From NCBI GenBank assembly GCA_051530055.1, contig CM121341.1:1178001-1242000 (forward strand): 64,000 nt of DNA. The letters are read 5' to 3'. The stretch comes from Neoechinorhynchus agilis (taxonomy: Eukaryota; Animalia; Acanthocephala). The translations under genes and the position numbers were made by a program. Positions 1-12,023 of this stretch are shown here, in pieces (the first letter of the stretch is position 1; each line of letters opens with the position of its first letter). The notes beneath the pieces are model-generated. The model ran no database searches. It saw only the letters and a list, made by a program, of their open reading frames with translations, and was not told the DNA's origin.

Positions 1-99
1 TTGTACTGAAATATCGAAATCAATAAATGCCTTATAATAACACGTTTATTATTATCTTAATGGTAATAATCCCGGTAATAGCACATTTGATTTTGATTT

Positions 100-147
100 A
101 TTGGAAATATTTCGCGAGGTGACCTCGCCTCATCAGTCATCTAAAAA
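100..147 (-). ncRNA. Hammerhead-ribozyme-like motif at 3' end (pLTR region) of Penelope-like element
   Basis: Minus strand reads ttagatga-CTGATGA-G-GCGAGG-tca-CCTCGC-GAAA-tatttc: conserved core boxes around a perfect 6-bp helix II. Helices I and III are not canonical. Confidence 0.5.
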
Positions 148-227
148 ATAATATGTTTTTCTTATTCAGGTTTTGAGCTCGAGTGCGCGGGATCGCCTAA
201 ACCCGAAGTTCGGGGACCAATTATCCG

Positions 228-1452
228 CTACGTTTTTTCCATGATTTTAGTATTGATTTTTAACACGTCGCTGGCTGGCAGTTTCAAGCTAAAATTAGCT
301 TTATTTCCTTCCATTGTGTTGGACACAGCGATGCGCAAGGCCTCCAAAACAAGCCGTCTTTTTAAGTTTTGCTCTATTTCTATAAAGTTGGTGCCACCAA
401 AATCCGCTCGATGCTTACATGTCTCTTGATGATTGGAGATTGTCAAAGAATACTCAAATCGACTGCAGGCTTCCTTACGTAGAGCGACCCTCTTCTTGAT
501 GACCTGTGTCGTTTCTCCAATTTAGACTCTATCACACTGTTCACAGTTCATTCGGTAGATTCCATTGAGTCGGCTCAATTCTACTCTTCCTCTTGAATGT
601 GCTTCTAAGAGCGATTTCTTTAGTATTGTAAATACGAATTCCAACCTTCTTACTTATAATGGATTAAATCATTTGATTCGTGTCATCATCAACGAAGTGC
701 ACTCTTTCGAAGCATGCAGGCTCTGCCGAAGATTTGTTGTTGTTATGCGGATGGTAGTTTCTGCCTCTGATTCCCCAGTCTATAATCCATTTGGGATATC
801 TCCTTATTTTCAGTTCCTTTACTATCCTCTCCCTTTCCCTAATCCATGCAAATCGAGTTGATGAGATAAGAGAAGCTCTTCGGAAGTAGGACATGGCAAC
901 CGAGATTTTATACCTCATCGGTTGGCGACTTGACCAATGTGGTGGTCCCCATGATAGATTCTCCTTGCGATAAAGTGACGTGCCAACTTTGCCTTGTGCA
1001 AACCGCTTGACCCGGACGTCCAGGAAAGAGACCTCACCGTGGCTGTTCTCTTCATTGACTGACCACTGTATGTGTGGATCGTGACTGTTCAGTTCAGCAT
1101 TTAGTGAATCTTTGTTGTGGTTTGAATCAGTCAGAATAAATACGTCGTCCACGAGATCCTAATGAATTTCTTGGGAATTGCCGAAGCTGGGAAATTATTA
1201 TGATTGAGGTTAGGGAAGACATGGCCAAGGAAGGGTCATTTGTGTTGTCAGAGTGGGATGTGCAGATATTAGATTTGAACAATTTTATAAAATTTTGGAT
1301 ATAATGATCACGTTTATCCCAGACGGGTAAACGGGAAGATTTCATACGCTGAGGTCGGGTGGAGGGAGTGATAAGGGCAGGAGAGTGGTCAACGTTCGCG
1401 GGGGGAGGGAGTTTAGAGGCGGATGAATAGGCGTCGATATTTGTGAACACTT
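228..1452 (-). mobile_element. Penelope-like element (PLE), degenerate RT + GIY-YIG endonuclease
   Basis: MFTNID, LAMSSLT, DDVFIL, SFLDVRV, LYRK, RRYPKWII (PLE RT/thumb) followed by YRMNCEQC..IGET..KR..RRLVLEALRI (GIY-YIG); frameshifts and stops. Confidence 0.85.
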
Positions 1453-2428
1453 TGTACTGCTTGATCCTCGAGGAAATTTAGGATTACGATATTTCGTCAT
1501 TCCCATCGCTATTTGGTAATAAAAATTGCGATCTGCGCTAGATCAAGGGATTCTATGGGAATGAAATCCAAAAACAAATGATCTAAAACACATTAAAAAA
1601 AGCATTTTAAATAAAGAGTTTTGTTGGATGCGGAATTCTTTTAGTACGTTTTGCCACCAGTTCTTCTGTCCAATATTCCATGGTTTACTCTCTTTATATC
1701 AACTTTCTGGAAATCATACTTAAGAATGGGGTTTTCTCGCTTTTGGCACAGGTTTTTTTAACGATGCATTTTGCAATCGATTGTCGGTCAAGCAGCAGTG
1801 AATTGGCATCGATAATTTTAATTCTATTTAATCATACAAACAACATGCCTAAAACTGGCATGCTACCTGGAAATTAGAAAAGGACCATCGCTGATTGCAT
1901 AAAGGACGAAAGGTATTCGTCGTCTTTGGAGTCCTCGTTGCTTTTCAAAGTTCCGTTCATTATTTCAGTTACCATTTTCCGTCTTAGGTGCCCTGTAAGC
2001 GACCAATTTTGTCAATTAAAAAATCGAGTAGCGCATATTTTCAAAAGGCGTTATTGAAAGCTCAAAGTAAACGATGTGAACGCAAACTTTGTTCTAATTT
2101 GAGGGAGAAACGGGTGGAAAGCTGAGGATTAAAGTAGACGAACGGAGATAAACTCGCACAAATATGGAACAATAGAAACTTATTGAGACGTTTGAAGCGA
2201 ATGGGCAGAGGGTTTGTTATAAGAGTTAAATGACAAAAAGTAAAACGGAAACGTATTTGAAAAGAAAGATCAAATAGAGAACGGGGAAAGGAGAGGACGA
2301 AAGGATGAGAAAATCAGGAAGGTGTAAACAAAGAAAGAGTTAACGAGAAGATGAATAATTCAAAAAGGGACGAAAAAACCACTAGGGGCGATGTAGCTTC
2401 GAAATATACGACTGAAGGTTCGAGTAAC

Positions 2429-3343
2429 CTAACAGATCGTCAGAAGACTCGTTAAGCAATTAATCTCGATTACTAGATTTAACTTTTTAACAAAGACAAA
2501 ATTGGTCGATATCAGCGCCAGTGAACATGATTGGTACATTTCGTGAGACACATTCGGCAACTTGACATAGGAAGACTCCGCAATCATCGCAATTCTCTTG
2601 TCTGGGACACTTGGCAGCGTACCGGATCCACTGATACGTTTCCATCTCCTGTCCTTTCTTCGCAATAAACTCCCTTTGTAAATATTTCCAAATTAAATTA
2701 AGAGCATCCGGTGTTTCCGAGTCAGATAGACTATCGTAGTATTTAAGTTGTTTTCTGGTCAAATCGGCGACTGCAAGTGTCCAATGAGCAGGCAAGTGGA
2801 TCGGAAATATAATTAGTTTATAAGAAAAGACATCAATACGCCGTGTCCATCTTTTAACTCCGTCGTAACCAGCACTCGTTAAGCGTGGATAAAAAAACGT
2901 CGAAAACGCATACAAGGATGGAATTTGTCTTTTCTCGCCAAATCCCATCGCACTTAAACATTCCCCTTGCTTCTATGAACGATCATTTCCAGATAAAAAT
3001 TAACGATTTCGTCATTGAGCCAACCGCCGGGTTTTAGAGTTTTCAAATCTTTTTTTCGAATCGGAATATTGAATTTTTGAATGACAATTTCGTCCGAGTT
3101 GGTCGGATCTTTGAAAATCCGCTCTGTTCGTGTGTACTCAAGATCACTTATTCTTGGAACCAATCTTTGATGAAGTCGGTCGCCCAATTGCTCATTAGCT
3201 TCCCCATCGTCATCATCATCACTGCTCAGCCGGCTTCTATCAAAAAGACTAGTACTAAAGTTACACTTGCGATCCATCAAACTTTGCTTTATCGTTTCCT
3301 CCAGTTTGAGTAAATACTTCGCCGGAACACTTGGATCGAACAT
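2429..3343 (-). CDS. Sentrin/SUMO-specific protease (Ulp1/SENP1-2 type, peptidase C48); 5' end uncertain; two candidate micro-introns (2934-2959, 2473-2497)
   Basis: WLNDEIVNFYL, AFSTFFYPRL, PIHLPAHWTL (His), YYDS (Asp), QENCDDCGVF (Gln/Cys). The frame breaks can be explained by 26- and 25-nt GT-AG segments or by indels. Confidence 0.85.
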
Positions 3344-3668
3344 TTAAAACCGATCCATCACCATAGTTCGTTGGTTACCGTAAACTCCTTTTTTTGAATA
3401 TGCGCATAGACTGAGAAAGAATTTCACTAAGCCGGAATAAACAAAATTCTGATTTTTGAAAAATCATAAGAACTATCTGTTTCACATGCGGGTACTCTTC
3501 AATGTTCTTTTGGATGTAATATTTGTTTTTTTTAATAGAAGTGATGTTCAAGTTTAAAATTGTTTATACAAAGGCACTTGATTGTGCCGAAAAATCGAAC
3601 TCACTTAATAAAGAACTTCAAAATTTTCCGCTTTATAAAAACATGAACATTAGAACGTTTCCGTGTCG

Positions 3669-3920
3669 ACCATAAAATTTATTGAAAAGGTGATTCATAG
3701 TTTGTTGGTTGTTTTGGAGAACTACAATTGATTATTTATAAAATTCAATATTTCGATCCCCTATCTTGGATCTTCTTCAGAATTGTTTGTCTTTAAATAT
3801 GTGTTTGTGGTGTCTTAAAAACTTACAAACAATTCCGAAGAAGATCCAAGATAGGGGATCGAAATATTGAATTTAATAAATAATCAATTGTAGTTCTCCA
3901 AAACAACCATAAAATTTATT
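3669..3920. mobile_element. Fold-back element (about 84-bp arms, about 33-bp loop, 23-nt tail) with 15-bp direct repeats
   Basis: Arms ~3708-3791 and ~3825-3908 are near-perfect reverse complements; accataaaatttatt occurs at 3669-3683 and 3906-3920. Confidence 0.75.
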
Positions 3921-3984
3921 CAATATTTGAAATCCATAGCTTTTGCTGAATTAATCTTCAAGAAAAAAATCTTGTTTTTTGCCG

Positions 3985-4170
3985 CCTCGGATTTAGATTC
4001 ACTAATTTATTTCCGATATTTCACGTGGGATAATTCCGACATTTCCTCAAGGTTTGTCATTGTTTGGAGTTTGCTTTCATTTACTTCCAAACAATGACAA
4101 ACCGTGAGGAAATGTCGCAAAATTTGTGAATCTTAATCCGGGTGGCAAAACTAAATAAAAGAAAATCTCT
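3985..4170. mobile_element. MITE-like element, diverged copy of the 21849-22042 family
   Basis: ggatttagattcactaatttattt ... gtgaatcttaatccggg imperfect inverted repeat; similar to 21849-22042 and partially to ~10735-10830. Confidence 0.55.
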
Positions 4171-4800
4171 TTTTCCGTGAAGATAATAATTCAAGGCACC
4201 AAAAAAGGACCGAGACCTTTTTGCTTGATCCCAGATCCGGAACCTGAGCAATAAATCCAAATGGTCCATAGAAAAACTAGGAGTTGAGACGATGGTGAGT
4301 ATTATTGCAGCGGTCATCGGAGTCCCAGTCTCTGAAGAATTCTGGATCACATTTAAGGACTTTTACCTCTTTTGCCTACTAAACTTCAGGGTTTCTTCTC
4401 GGCATTGTCCGGCAACCAAAGCGACAAAAGGCCCTCGAAGTCTCCCAATCGAAAAGGCTCCGCTGGGTATTGACCTACTTTATCGTTTCATCAATGCCCG
4501 GCACCGACGCGACAAAGGGCCCTCGAGGCCTCCTATTCGAGAAGGCTCTGCTGGGTATTGACCTACTTTATCGCTTCCGACTACGGACAAAAAGTTGGGT
4601 GGGATCACTACAGAACCTTTTTGCGAATATGTCGTCTAAATGCCTTTTATATGATCTTTTTTTGAGCAATCAATATGATTTTCACTACTTTCTAAGATAA
4701 TGTAGAAGCTGAGACGATGGTGAGGATTGTTGCAGCGATCATCAGAGTCCAAGTCTTCGCCGAATTCTGGATCACCTTTGCTTAGTTTCCTTCTTTTAAG

Positions 4801-5757
4801 ATGGCAACACCATCAAAACTGACAGATTTTCTTCAGCGGACGTTCCTTCGACCCGGTTCTGTAGGTCCATCCAATTTGACATTGAAATTGGCTTTAGCTG
4901 GCGGATTAACCGCACTCGGTCTCTACGAATCCCTTTACACCGTGGAGGGTGGTCACCGTGCCATCATCTTTAGTCGAATCAACGGAACTTTAAAGGACAA
5001 GATATACGCGGAAGGTCTTCATTTTCGGTAAGATACAATTTTTATACTCACAATCAACTTTTCGTTTCGAAGATTCCCATGGTTCCAATATCCAATCATT
5101 TATGATATTCGTGCACGTCCGCGGGTGGTCAAAAGTCCAACGGGAAGCAAAGATCTTCAAATGGTTAACATTGCACTTCGCGTGCTCGCTCGACCTGATC
5201 AATCGCGTCTTCCAATAATGTACCAACAAATCGGTCTTGATTGGGACGAATGCGTCCTTCCTTCGATTTGTAACGAAGTTCTTAAAAGTGTCGTCGCGAA
5301 ATTCAATGCTTCTCAGCTGATTACACAACGCGCTCAAGTCTCGAATCTCGTCCGACTGGACCTTATGGAACGGGCAAAGGATTTTGATATAATTCTGGAC
5401 GATGTTTCAATCACCGAACTTAGTTTCAGTCCGCAATACGCCGCTGCTGTCGAAGCCAAACAAGTTGCTCAACAGGAAGCTCAAAGAGCCGTGTTCACCG
5501 TTGAACGGGCAATTCAAGAAAAACAGCAGAAAATTGTTACGGCTGAAGGGGAAGCCCAGTCAGCGATGTTAATCGGAAAATCCCTTGCGTCTAATCCTGG
5601 ATACTTGAAACTCAGGAAAATTAGAGCAGCTAAAAATATTGCAAGAATTGTTTCTACTGGTCAAAATCGAGCTTTCCTCGATGCCGAGTCTCTTTTAGTC
5701 AATATGATTGGACCCGATTTTGATAGAAGTACCGATAATCTCAATAAGAGGAAATAA
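4801..5757 (+). CDS. PHB2: Prohibitin-2; exons 4801-5027 and 5073-5757 (45-nt GT-AG intron)
   Basis: [69 protein letters not shown]; splicing restores the frame. Confidence 0.95.
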
Positions 5758-6119
5758 AAAATTCCGTCTTTTGACTGAATATTTAAATTCATATAAACGT
5801 CCTCGCTTCCGCGCGAAATACTCATCGACCATTTATTTAATATTAAAAATGATTAATCACATTTTCCACTTGTGACAATGCAAACCAATGGAATATTCCT
5901 TGCATTTGAATTAAACCCAAAAAGCGACGACCGCTTTCGTTACGTTTTCGCTCTTGAATTCTTTAAAAAATATCAATAAATTTTTGTTATTTCACCCACT
6001 TCGTGATTTTTTTATTCGCTTTTGTTTCGGGTTTCGAGCTAGAGATTATTAACAGCTCATACGCCTCTCGTTAACTACGATGTATCGGTCCAAAATAAAC
6101 ATTTGTTTTAAATTGCTAA

Positions 6120-8990
6120 ACTTGAACAATTAAGGACAATCGAAAGATAAAGTGCGGTTGATAAATCAGTCGATAACCTACCAACTGATAAACAAGCGGT
6201 TGAGCAAATCGATTTTCGTCAACATGACCATGAAGAAGCACAATAACTCCGAAATATCGGTATAAAATAAACACTCGTTTTCAATTGCTTGATTTGCTCA
6301 ATTGATGAAAGTCGAAAACATAACACGCGGTTGATAAATCAGTCGATAATCTATCAACTGATAAACAAGCGGTTGAGCAAATCGATTTTCGTCAACATGA
6401 CCATGAAGAAGCACAATAACTCCGAAATATCGGTATAAAATAAACACTTGTTTTCAATTGCTTGATTTGCTCAATTGATGAAAGTCGAAAACATAACACG
6501 CGGTTGATAAATCAGTCGATAATCTATCAACTGATAAACAAGCGGTTGAGCAAACTGATTTTCGTCAACATGACCATGAAGAAGCACAATAACTCCGAAA
6601 TATCGGTATAAAATAAACACTTGTTTTCAATTGCTTGATTTGCTCAATTGATGAAAGTCGAAAACATAACACGCGGTTGAGAAATCAGTCGATAATCTAT
6701 CAACTGATAAACATGGGGTTGAGCAAACTGATTTTCGTCAACATGACCATGAAGAAGCACAATAACTCCGAAATATCGGTATAAAATAAACACTCGTTTT
6801 CAATTGCTTCACTTGCTCAATTGATGAAAGTCGAAAACATAACACGCGGTTGAGAAATCAGTCGATAATCTATCAACTGATAAACAAGCGGTTGAGCAAA
6901 CTGATTTTCATCAACATGACCATGAAGAAGCACAATAACTCCGAAATATCGGTATAAAATAAACACTAGTTTTCAATTGCTTGATTTGCTCAATTGATGA
7001 AAGTCGAAAACATAACACGCGGTTGAGAAATCAGTCGATAATCTATCAACTGATAAACAAGCGGTTGAGCAAACTGATTTTCATCAACATGACCATGAAG
7101 AAGCACAATAACTCCGAAATATCGGTATAAAATAAACACTTGTTTTCAATTGCTTGATTTGCTCAATTGATGAAAGTCGAAAACATAACACGCGGTTGAG
7201 AAATCAGTCGATAATCTATCAACTGATAAACAAGCGGTTGAGCAAACTGATTTTCGTCAACATGACCATGAAGAAGCACAATAACTCCGAAATATCGGTA
7301 TAAAATAAACACTTGTTTTCAATTGCTTGATTTGCTCAATTGATGAAAGTCGAAAACATAACACGCGGTTGAGAAATCAGTCGATAATCTATCAACTGAT
7401 AAACATGGGGTTGAGCAAACTGATTTTCGTCAACATGACCATGAAGAAGCACAATAACTCCGAAATATCGGTATAAAATAAACACTTGTTTTCAATTGCT
7501 TGATTTGCTCAATTGATGAAAGTCGAAAACATAACACTCAAGCGGTTGAGAAATCAGTCGATAATCTATCAACTGATAAACAAGCGGTTGAGCAAACTGA
7601 TTTTCGTCAACATGACCATGAAGAAGCACAATAACTCCGAAATATCGGTATAAAATAAACACTTGTTTTCAATTGCTTGATTTGCTCAATTGAGGAAAGT
7701 CGAAAACATAACACGCGGTTGAGAAATCAGTCGATAATCTATCAACTGATAAACAAGCGGTTGAGCAAACTGATTTTCATCAACATGACCATGAAGAAGC
7801 ACAATAACTCCGAAATATCGGTATAAAATAAACACTTGTTTTCAATTGCTTGATTTGCTCAATTGATGAAAGTCGAAAACATAACACGCGGTTGAGAAAT
7901 CAGTCGATAATCTATCAACTGATAAACAAGCGGTTGAGCAAACTGATTTTCGTCAACATGACCATGAAGAAGCACAATAACTCCGAAATATCGGTATAAA
8001 ATAAACACTTGTTTTCAATTGCTTGATTTGCTCAATTGAGGAAAGTCGAAAACATAACACGCGGTTGAGAAATCAGTCCATGCGGTTGAGAAATCAGTCG
8101 ATAATCTATCAACTGATAAACAAGGGTTGAGCAAACTGATTTTCGTCAACATGACCATGAAGAAGCACAATAACTCCGAAATATCGGTATAAAATAAACA
8201 CTTGTTTTCAATTGCTTGATTTGCTCAATTGATGAAAGTCGAAAACATAACACGCGGTTGAGAAATCAGTCGATAATCTATCAACTGATAAACATGGGGT
8301 TGAGCAAACTGATTTTCGTCAACATGACCATGAAGAAGCACAATAACTCCGAAATATCGGTATAAAATAAACACTTGTTTTCAATTGCTTGATTTGCTCA
8401 ATTGAGGAAAGTCGAAAACATAACACGCGGTTGAGAAATCAGTCGATAATCTATCAACTGATAAACATGCGGTTGAGCAAACTGATTTTCGTCAACATGA
8501 CCATGAAGAAGCACAATAACTCCGAAATATCGGTATAAAATAAACACTTGTTTTCAATTGCTTGATTTGCTCAATTGAGGAAAGTCGAAAACATAACACG
8601 CGGTTGAGAAATCAGTCCATGCGGTTGAGAAATCAGTCGATAATCTATCAACTGATAAACATGGGGTTGAGCAAACTGATTTTCGTCAACATGACCATGA
8701 AGAAGCACAATAACTCCGAAATATCGGTATAAAATAAACACTTGTTTTCAATTGCTTGATTTGCTCAATTGATGAAAGTCGAAAACATAACACGCGATTG
8801 AGAAATCAGTCGATAATCTATCAACTGATAAACATGGGGTTGAGCAAACTGATTTTCGTCAACATGACCATGAAGAAGCACAATAACTCCGAAATATCCA
8901 CTTGTTCTCAATTGCTTGACTTGCCCAATTAAGAACAATCTAAAGATAACGTGCAGTTCAGAAATCAGTCGATAATCCACGAATTCATTG
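6120..8990. repeat. 173-bp tandem satellite, about 16 copies
   Basis: tcagtcgataa recurs at 6339, 6512, 6685, 6858 (173-bp period) through ~8970; terminal units are diverged. Confidence 0.97.
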
Positions 8991-9669
8991 TTGTCAGTAG
9001 CAACATTTCGATTAAAAGGGGACTCGCATTGCGATTATTGAGTTTTATTGGATTTTAGTAATTTTTTGGGTGGGGAGCTGCCTTGCTTAACATCGTGAAA
9101 ATGAGTTTATTTTGGTTGCACAGTTATATAAATTTGTTGAATATTGTTGTTATCGGAATCAATGTACTATGACGCTTGATGTAAACGTACTTATCAAATA
9201 CTTCGATATGGTCAAAATATTGGAAGGTTGCTTTGAAATTATGCTTGGAACTGAGTCTTCGATTTTTAATTTTTTGTTTCCATTGCTGTTAAGCTTCTTT
9301 CAGCCTTATCCGTACGATTTCGCTATTCCATAGATTGTTGTTTCCATTAAATATATCCTCATTTCTTTTACCTTGGAACGTTCATTCGTGAAATTAATTA
9401 GCAATTTTTTTTTAGATTTATTGACGCCATGAGCCAATGCAAATATGCTTCCCAACATTTTTTATGGACGATTTACGCGCGGAAAACCTCGTTTCCCCGA
9501 TTTTTGTTTCTTTTGTTCAAAACTTTTTTCTAGAATATGAATCATTTTGCATTTGTGAACTTTACTTCTTTTCTTCGGCGTACTTTTTCGTGCTGTTAAT
9601 CTTAAATGTACACAGAGTCAACCTTTTGGAGACTTATTTTTAAGTTTTAAATGCTTTAAAATGTAAAAG

Positions 9670-9865
9670 GAAAACTAGATATATTGTTATTTAGGTCGTT
9701 GGTCGACACTCGAGAGAGATCATTAACGTCGAATGTATACATTTCGATTGATTGAATCGATCATTTTATCAATTCAATTTCTTGTAAGTTTTTAAATATG
9801 CTAGTTGATCTAAACAACAATATCTCTAACCACCCGAATGTAATCCTCAATAGAAGAAAACTAGA
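9670..9865 (+). mobile_element. Short hairpin-plus-tail retroposon-like element with ~10-bp TSD
   Basis: gaaaactaga at 9670-9679 and 9856-9865; ~14-bp terminal IR; tail accacccgaatgtaatcctcaa shared with the 14620-14845 copy. Confidence 0.65.
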
Positions 9866-10467
9866 AAATTGAACATTTGAGAATTTTGTCGCAAAATTTG
9901 TTCTATTTACCATTCGTACAACGAGGCAATGCTGCTAGCGTGATAGCGACTTTGTACTTTATTATTAGATTTTGATTGAAGAATTATGAATTTTTGCGCT
10001 TGTATTTTTCAATGAATTTGACATTGCGAATACATTGTTTACTTAATTTCCTACTTCTCATGCAAAATGTCGAGCTCTGTTCAATAAAAATTTAATTTTA
10101 AATTTTTTTAACATTTGCGGCGAACCTAAATGGAAGTTAAAAGGTGTTAGTGATCGATCAATCGATATTCTCAAGCCCCTTTTTTGTTATCGATACTCAA
10201 TCAAATGGATTTGGTAGCAAAGTTAATGCCATTTACGATTTACTTTGTATGCGCATCCAGCTCGAATTGTTGTTGTTGTTGTTTATTTTTATACTGTTGA
10301 CCCATATTTCGTCCGAGAGTCGGATTAGCAGAAAATCATTATAAAAAACCGGCATTGATATTCTCAAGAATCAATTGCGTTTGCTAATTAATCTCACTTT
10401 TCTTCGTAATATCTTCAACATCACGAATAAAACAAAAATGGATGTTTTGACTTGTGGTGAAGATATT

Positions 10468-10570
10468 CCCGGTTGAAAATCGAATATTTATAAACTTACA
10501 ATCAATGACTGAGAAGGCGACGTTTCCTCTTTCGAAGTACTTCAGAAGAGTACAGTGATTTTTAACCGGG
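10468..10570 (+). repeat. Diverged copy of the hammerhead-like repeat family inside a 14-bp inverted repeat
   Basis: atga-CTGAGAAG-gcgacgtttcctcttt-CGAAGTACTTC; flanked by cccggttgaaaatc / gatttttaaccggg. Confidence 0.55.
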
Positions 10571-11315
10571 AGTATCTTCACCACAATTGAACATTTAACA
10601 TCCCGATGGATTTTCTCGGTATGAAAAATGAATGTTGTCGTGGATTTTTATCTTTGCGGGGAAAAGATACTTTCTTTTCCTTAGCTCTACCATCGCTCGG
10701 ATTCAAAAATTCACCGATGTTTTTTCCCCCGATATTTCACGTTGAGCAATGACAAACCTTGGGCAAATGTCGCAGATATCCGACGTGAAATATTGGAAAT
10801 AAACTTTAGTGAATTTTTGAATCCGAGCGATAACTAAGAAAATGTATTTTCTGAGATTATTTCCGTTCCATAAAAGATGTTTAACTTTTTTGTGCTCAAA
10901 AGATAACACCGAACAAATTTAATCGTTTTTTAGTTTTCCGCCACTGGGGAATTTGAATTGTGGCGATTCTATCACCCTGAGAGATATTTGGTCGTTTCTA
11001 AAACCTAGTTTCGGTCTCCAATCGTTTCTCAATGCATAGAGATTACGAAAAAAGTTTTCAAAAACCCGTTTTCTCGTTTAATCTTTTGGAAAATCCAATT
11101 TTCAGAGTTCTTTTTTGTAGATCGTTTTTCCCTCGCTCCCTTACTTAGCCCGTCATCCATCTCCACTAAATGCGTCGGTGTAATGGTGGCGTTTCGTACG
11201 TTTCGTCGTTTACGTTTTGGCGTAGCGGCGGCGCTCCCAAACACACTCCCGCCTTAAACTTGTCTCCTTCTCTTTTTTCTCTCTATTCCAGGCTACGATT
11301 TTTACCGTAGAAACA

Positions 11316-12023
11316 ATGACAACCTCAAATAGCGGTCGACAGGCTGATTTTATATTTAAAATCGTTCTAACGGGTGACAGTGGTGTCGGTAAAAGCTGTC
11401 TTCTCGCTCGTTTCACACAGAATGAATTCAGTCTTGAGAGTCGCTCAACTATTGGAGTTGAGTTTACGTCTCATGAAGAGACCATAAGTGCGTTTGAGTC
11501 AATTTTGTGGCAGATATTTGTCAAATTGACTCTATCGCGATTAGACGGTAAACTCGTGAAGGTTCAAATATGGGACACGGCTGGTCAGGAGCGGTTTATG
11601 GCCATTACTAAAGCTTACTATAGGAACGCATTTGGAGCCCTTCTTGTCTTCGATATTACGAAACATTCGACTTTTGAACACTTGGATCGATGGTTGCGCG
11701 AGATCAGGGAACATGCAGATCCCGATGCCGTGATCATGCTTATAGGAAACAAGTGCGATCAGCGACATTTAAGAACTGTAATGGCGGATGAAATTAAGGC
11801 TTACAGTGAAGCACATCGTCTGACGTTCATTGAAACATCCGCCGCTGACTCTACCAATGTTCATAATGCTTTTATGGATCTTATCCTTGAAGTTTACTCG
11901 AAATTCACTAAACGGACCAAGGAAAACCGAAAGGAATCCACACATATCGCCCAAACCATCACCAATATCGCTTCTGGAAGGCGAACAAGTGACGATGAAA
12001 AACGAAAAAAGTGCTGTGCTTAA
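11316..12023 (+). CDS. RAB11: Rab11-family small GTPase; 57-nt in-frame intron 11488-11544
   Basis: [42 protein letters not shown]-terminal KKCCA. Removing gtgcgt..ttag gives the canonical spacing [21 protein letters not shown]. Confidence 0.85.
   Translation: MTTSNSGRQADFIFKIVLTGDSGVGKSCLLARFTQNEFSLESRSTIGVEFTSHEETISAFESILWQIFVKLTLSRLDGKLVKVQIWDTAGQERFMAITKAYYRNAFGALLVFDITKHSTFEHLDRWLREIREHADPDAVIMLIGNKCDQRHLRTVMADEIKAYSEAHRLTFIETSAADSTNVHNAFMDLILEVYSKFTKRTKENRKESTHIAQTITNIASGRRTSDDEKRKKCCA

Noticed and set aside
1490-1560. Short repeat shared with ~16050-16110
   Set aside because: Too short and diverged to classify; no TIR or TSD seen.
2380-2430. tRNA-like A/B boxes (gatgtagc..ggttcgagt)
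   Set aside because: No cloverleaf pairing and the B box lacks the expected CC spacing.
6300-6500. CENP-B box in the 173-bp monomer
   Set aside because: No match to the YTTCGTTGGAARCGGGA consensus was visible.
6120-8990. Satellite arrays (also 23560-25350) as CRISPR arrays or repeat-encoded proteins
   Set aside because: Whole monomers repeat with no unique spacers, there are no cas genes, and the context is eukaryotic; the short ORFs (8765-8980, 23903, 24305, 24707) are by-products of the repeat.
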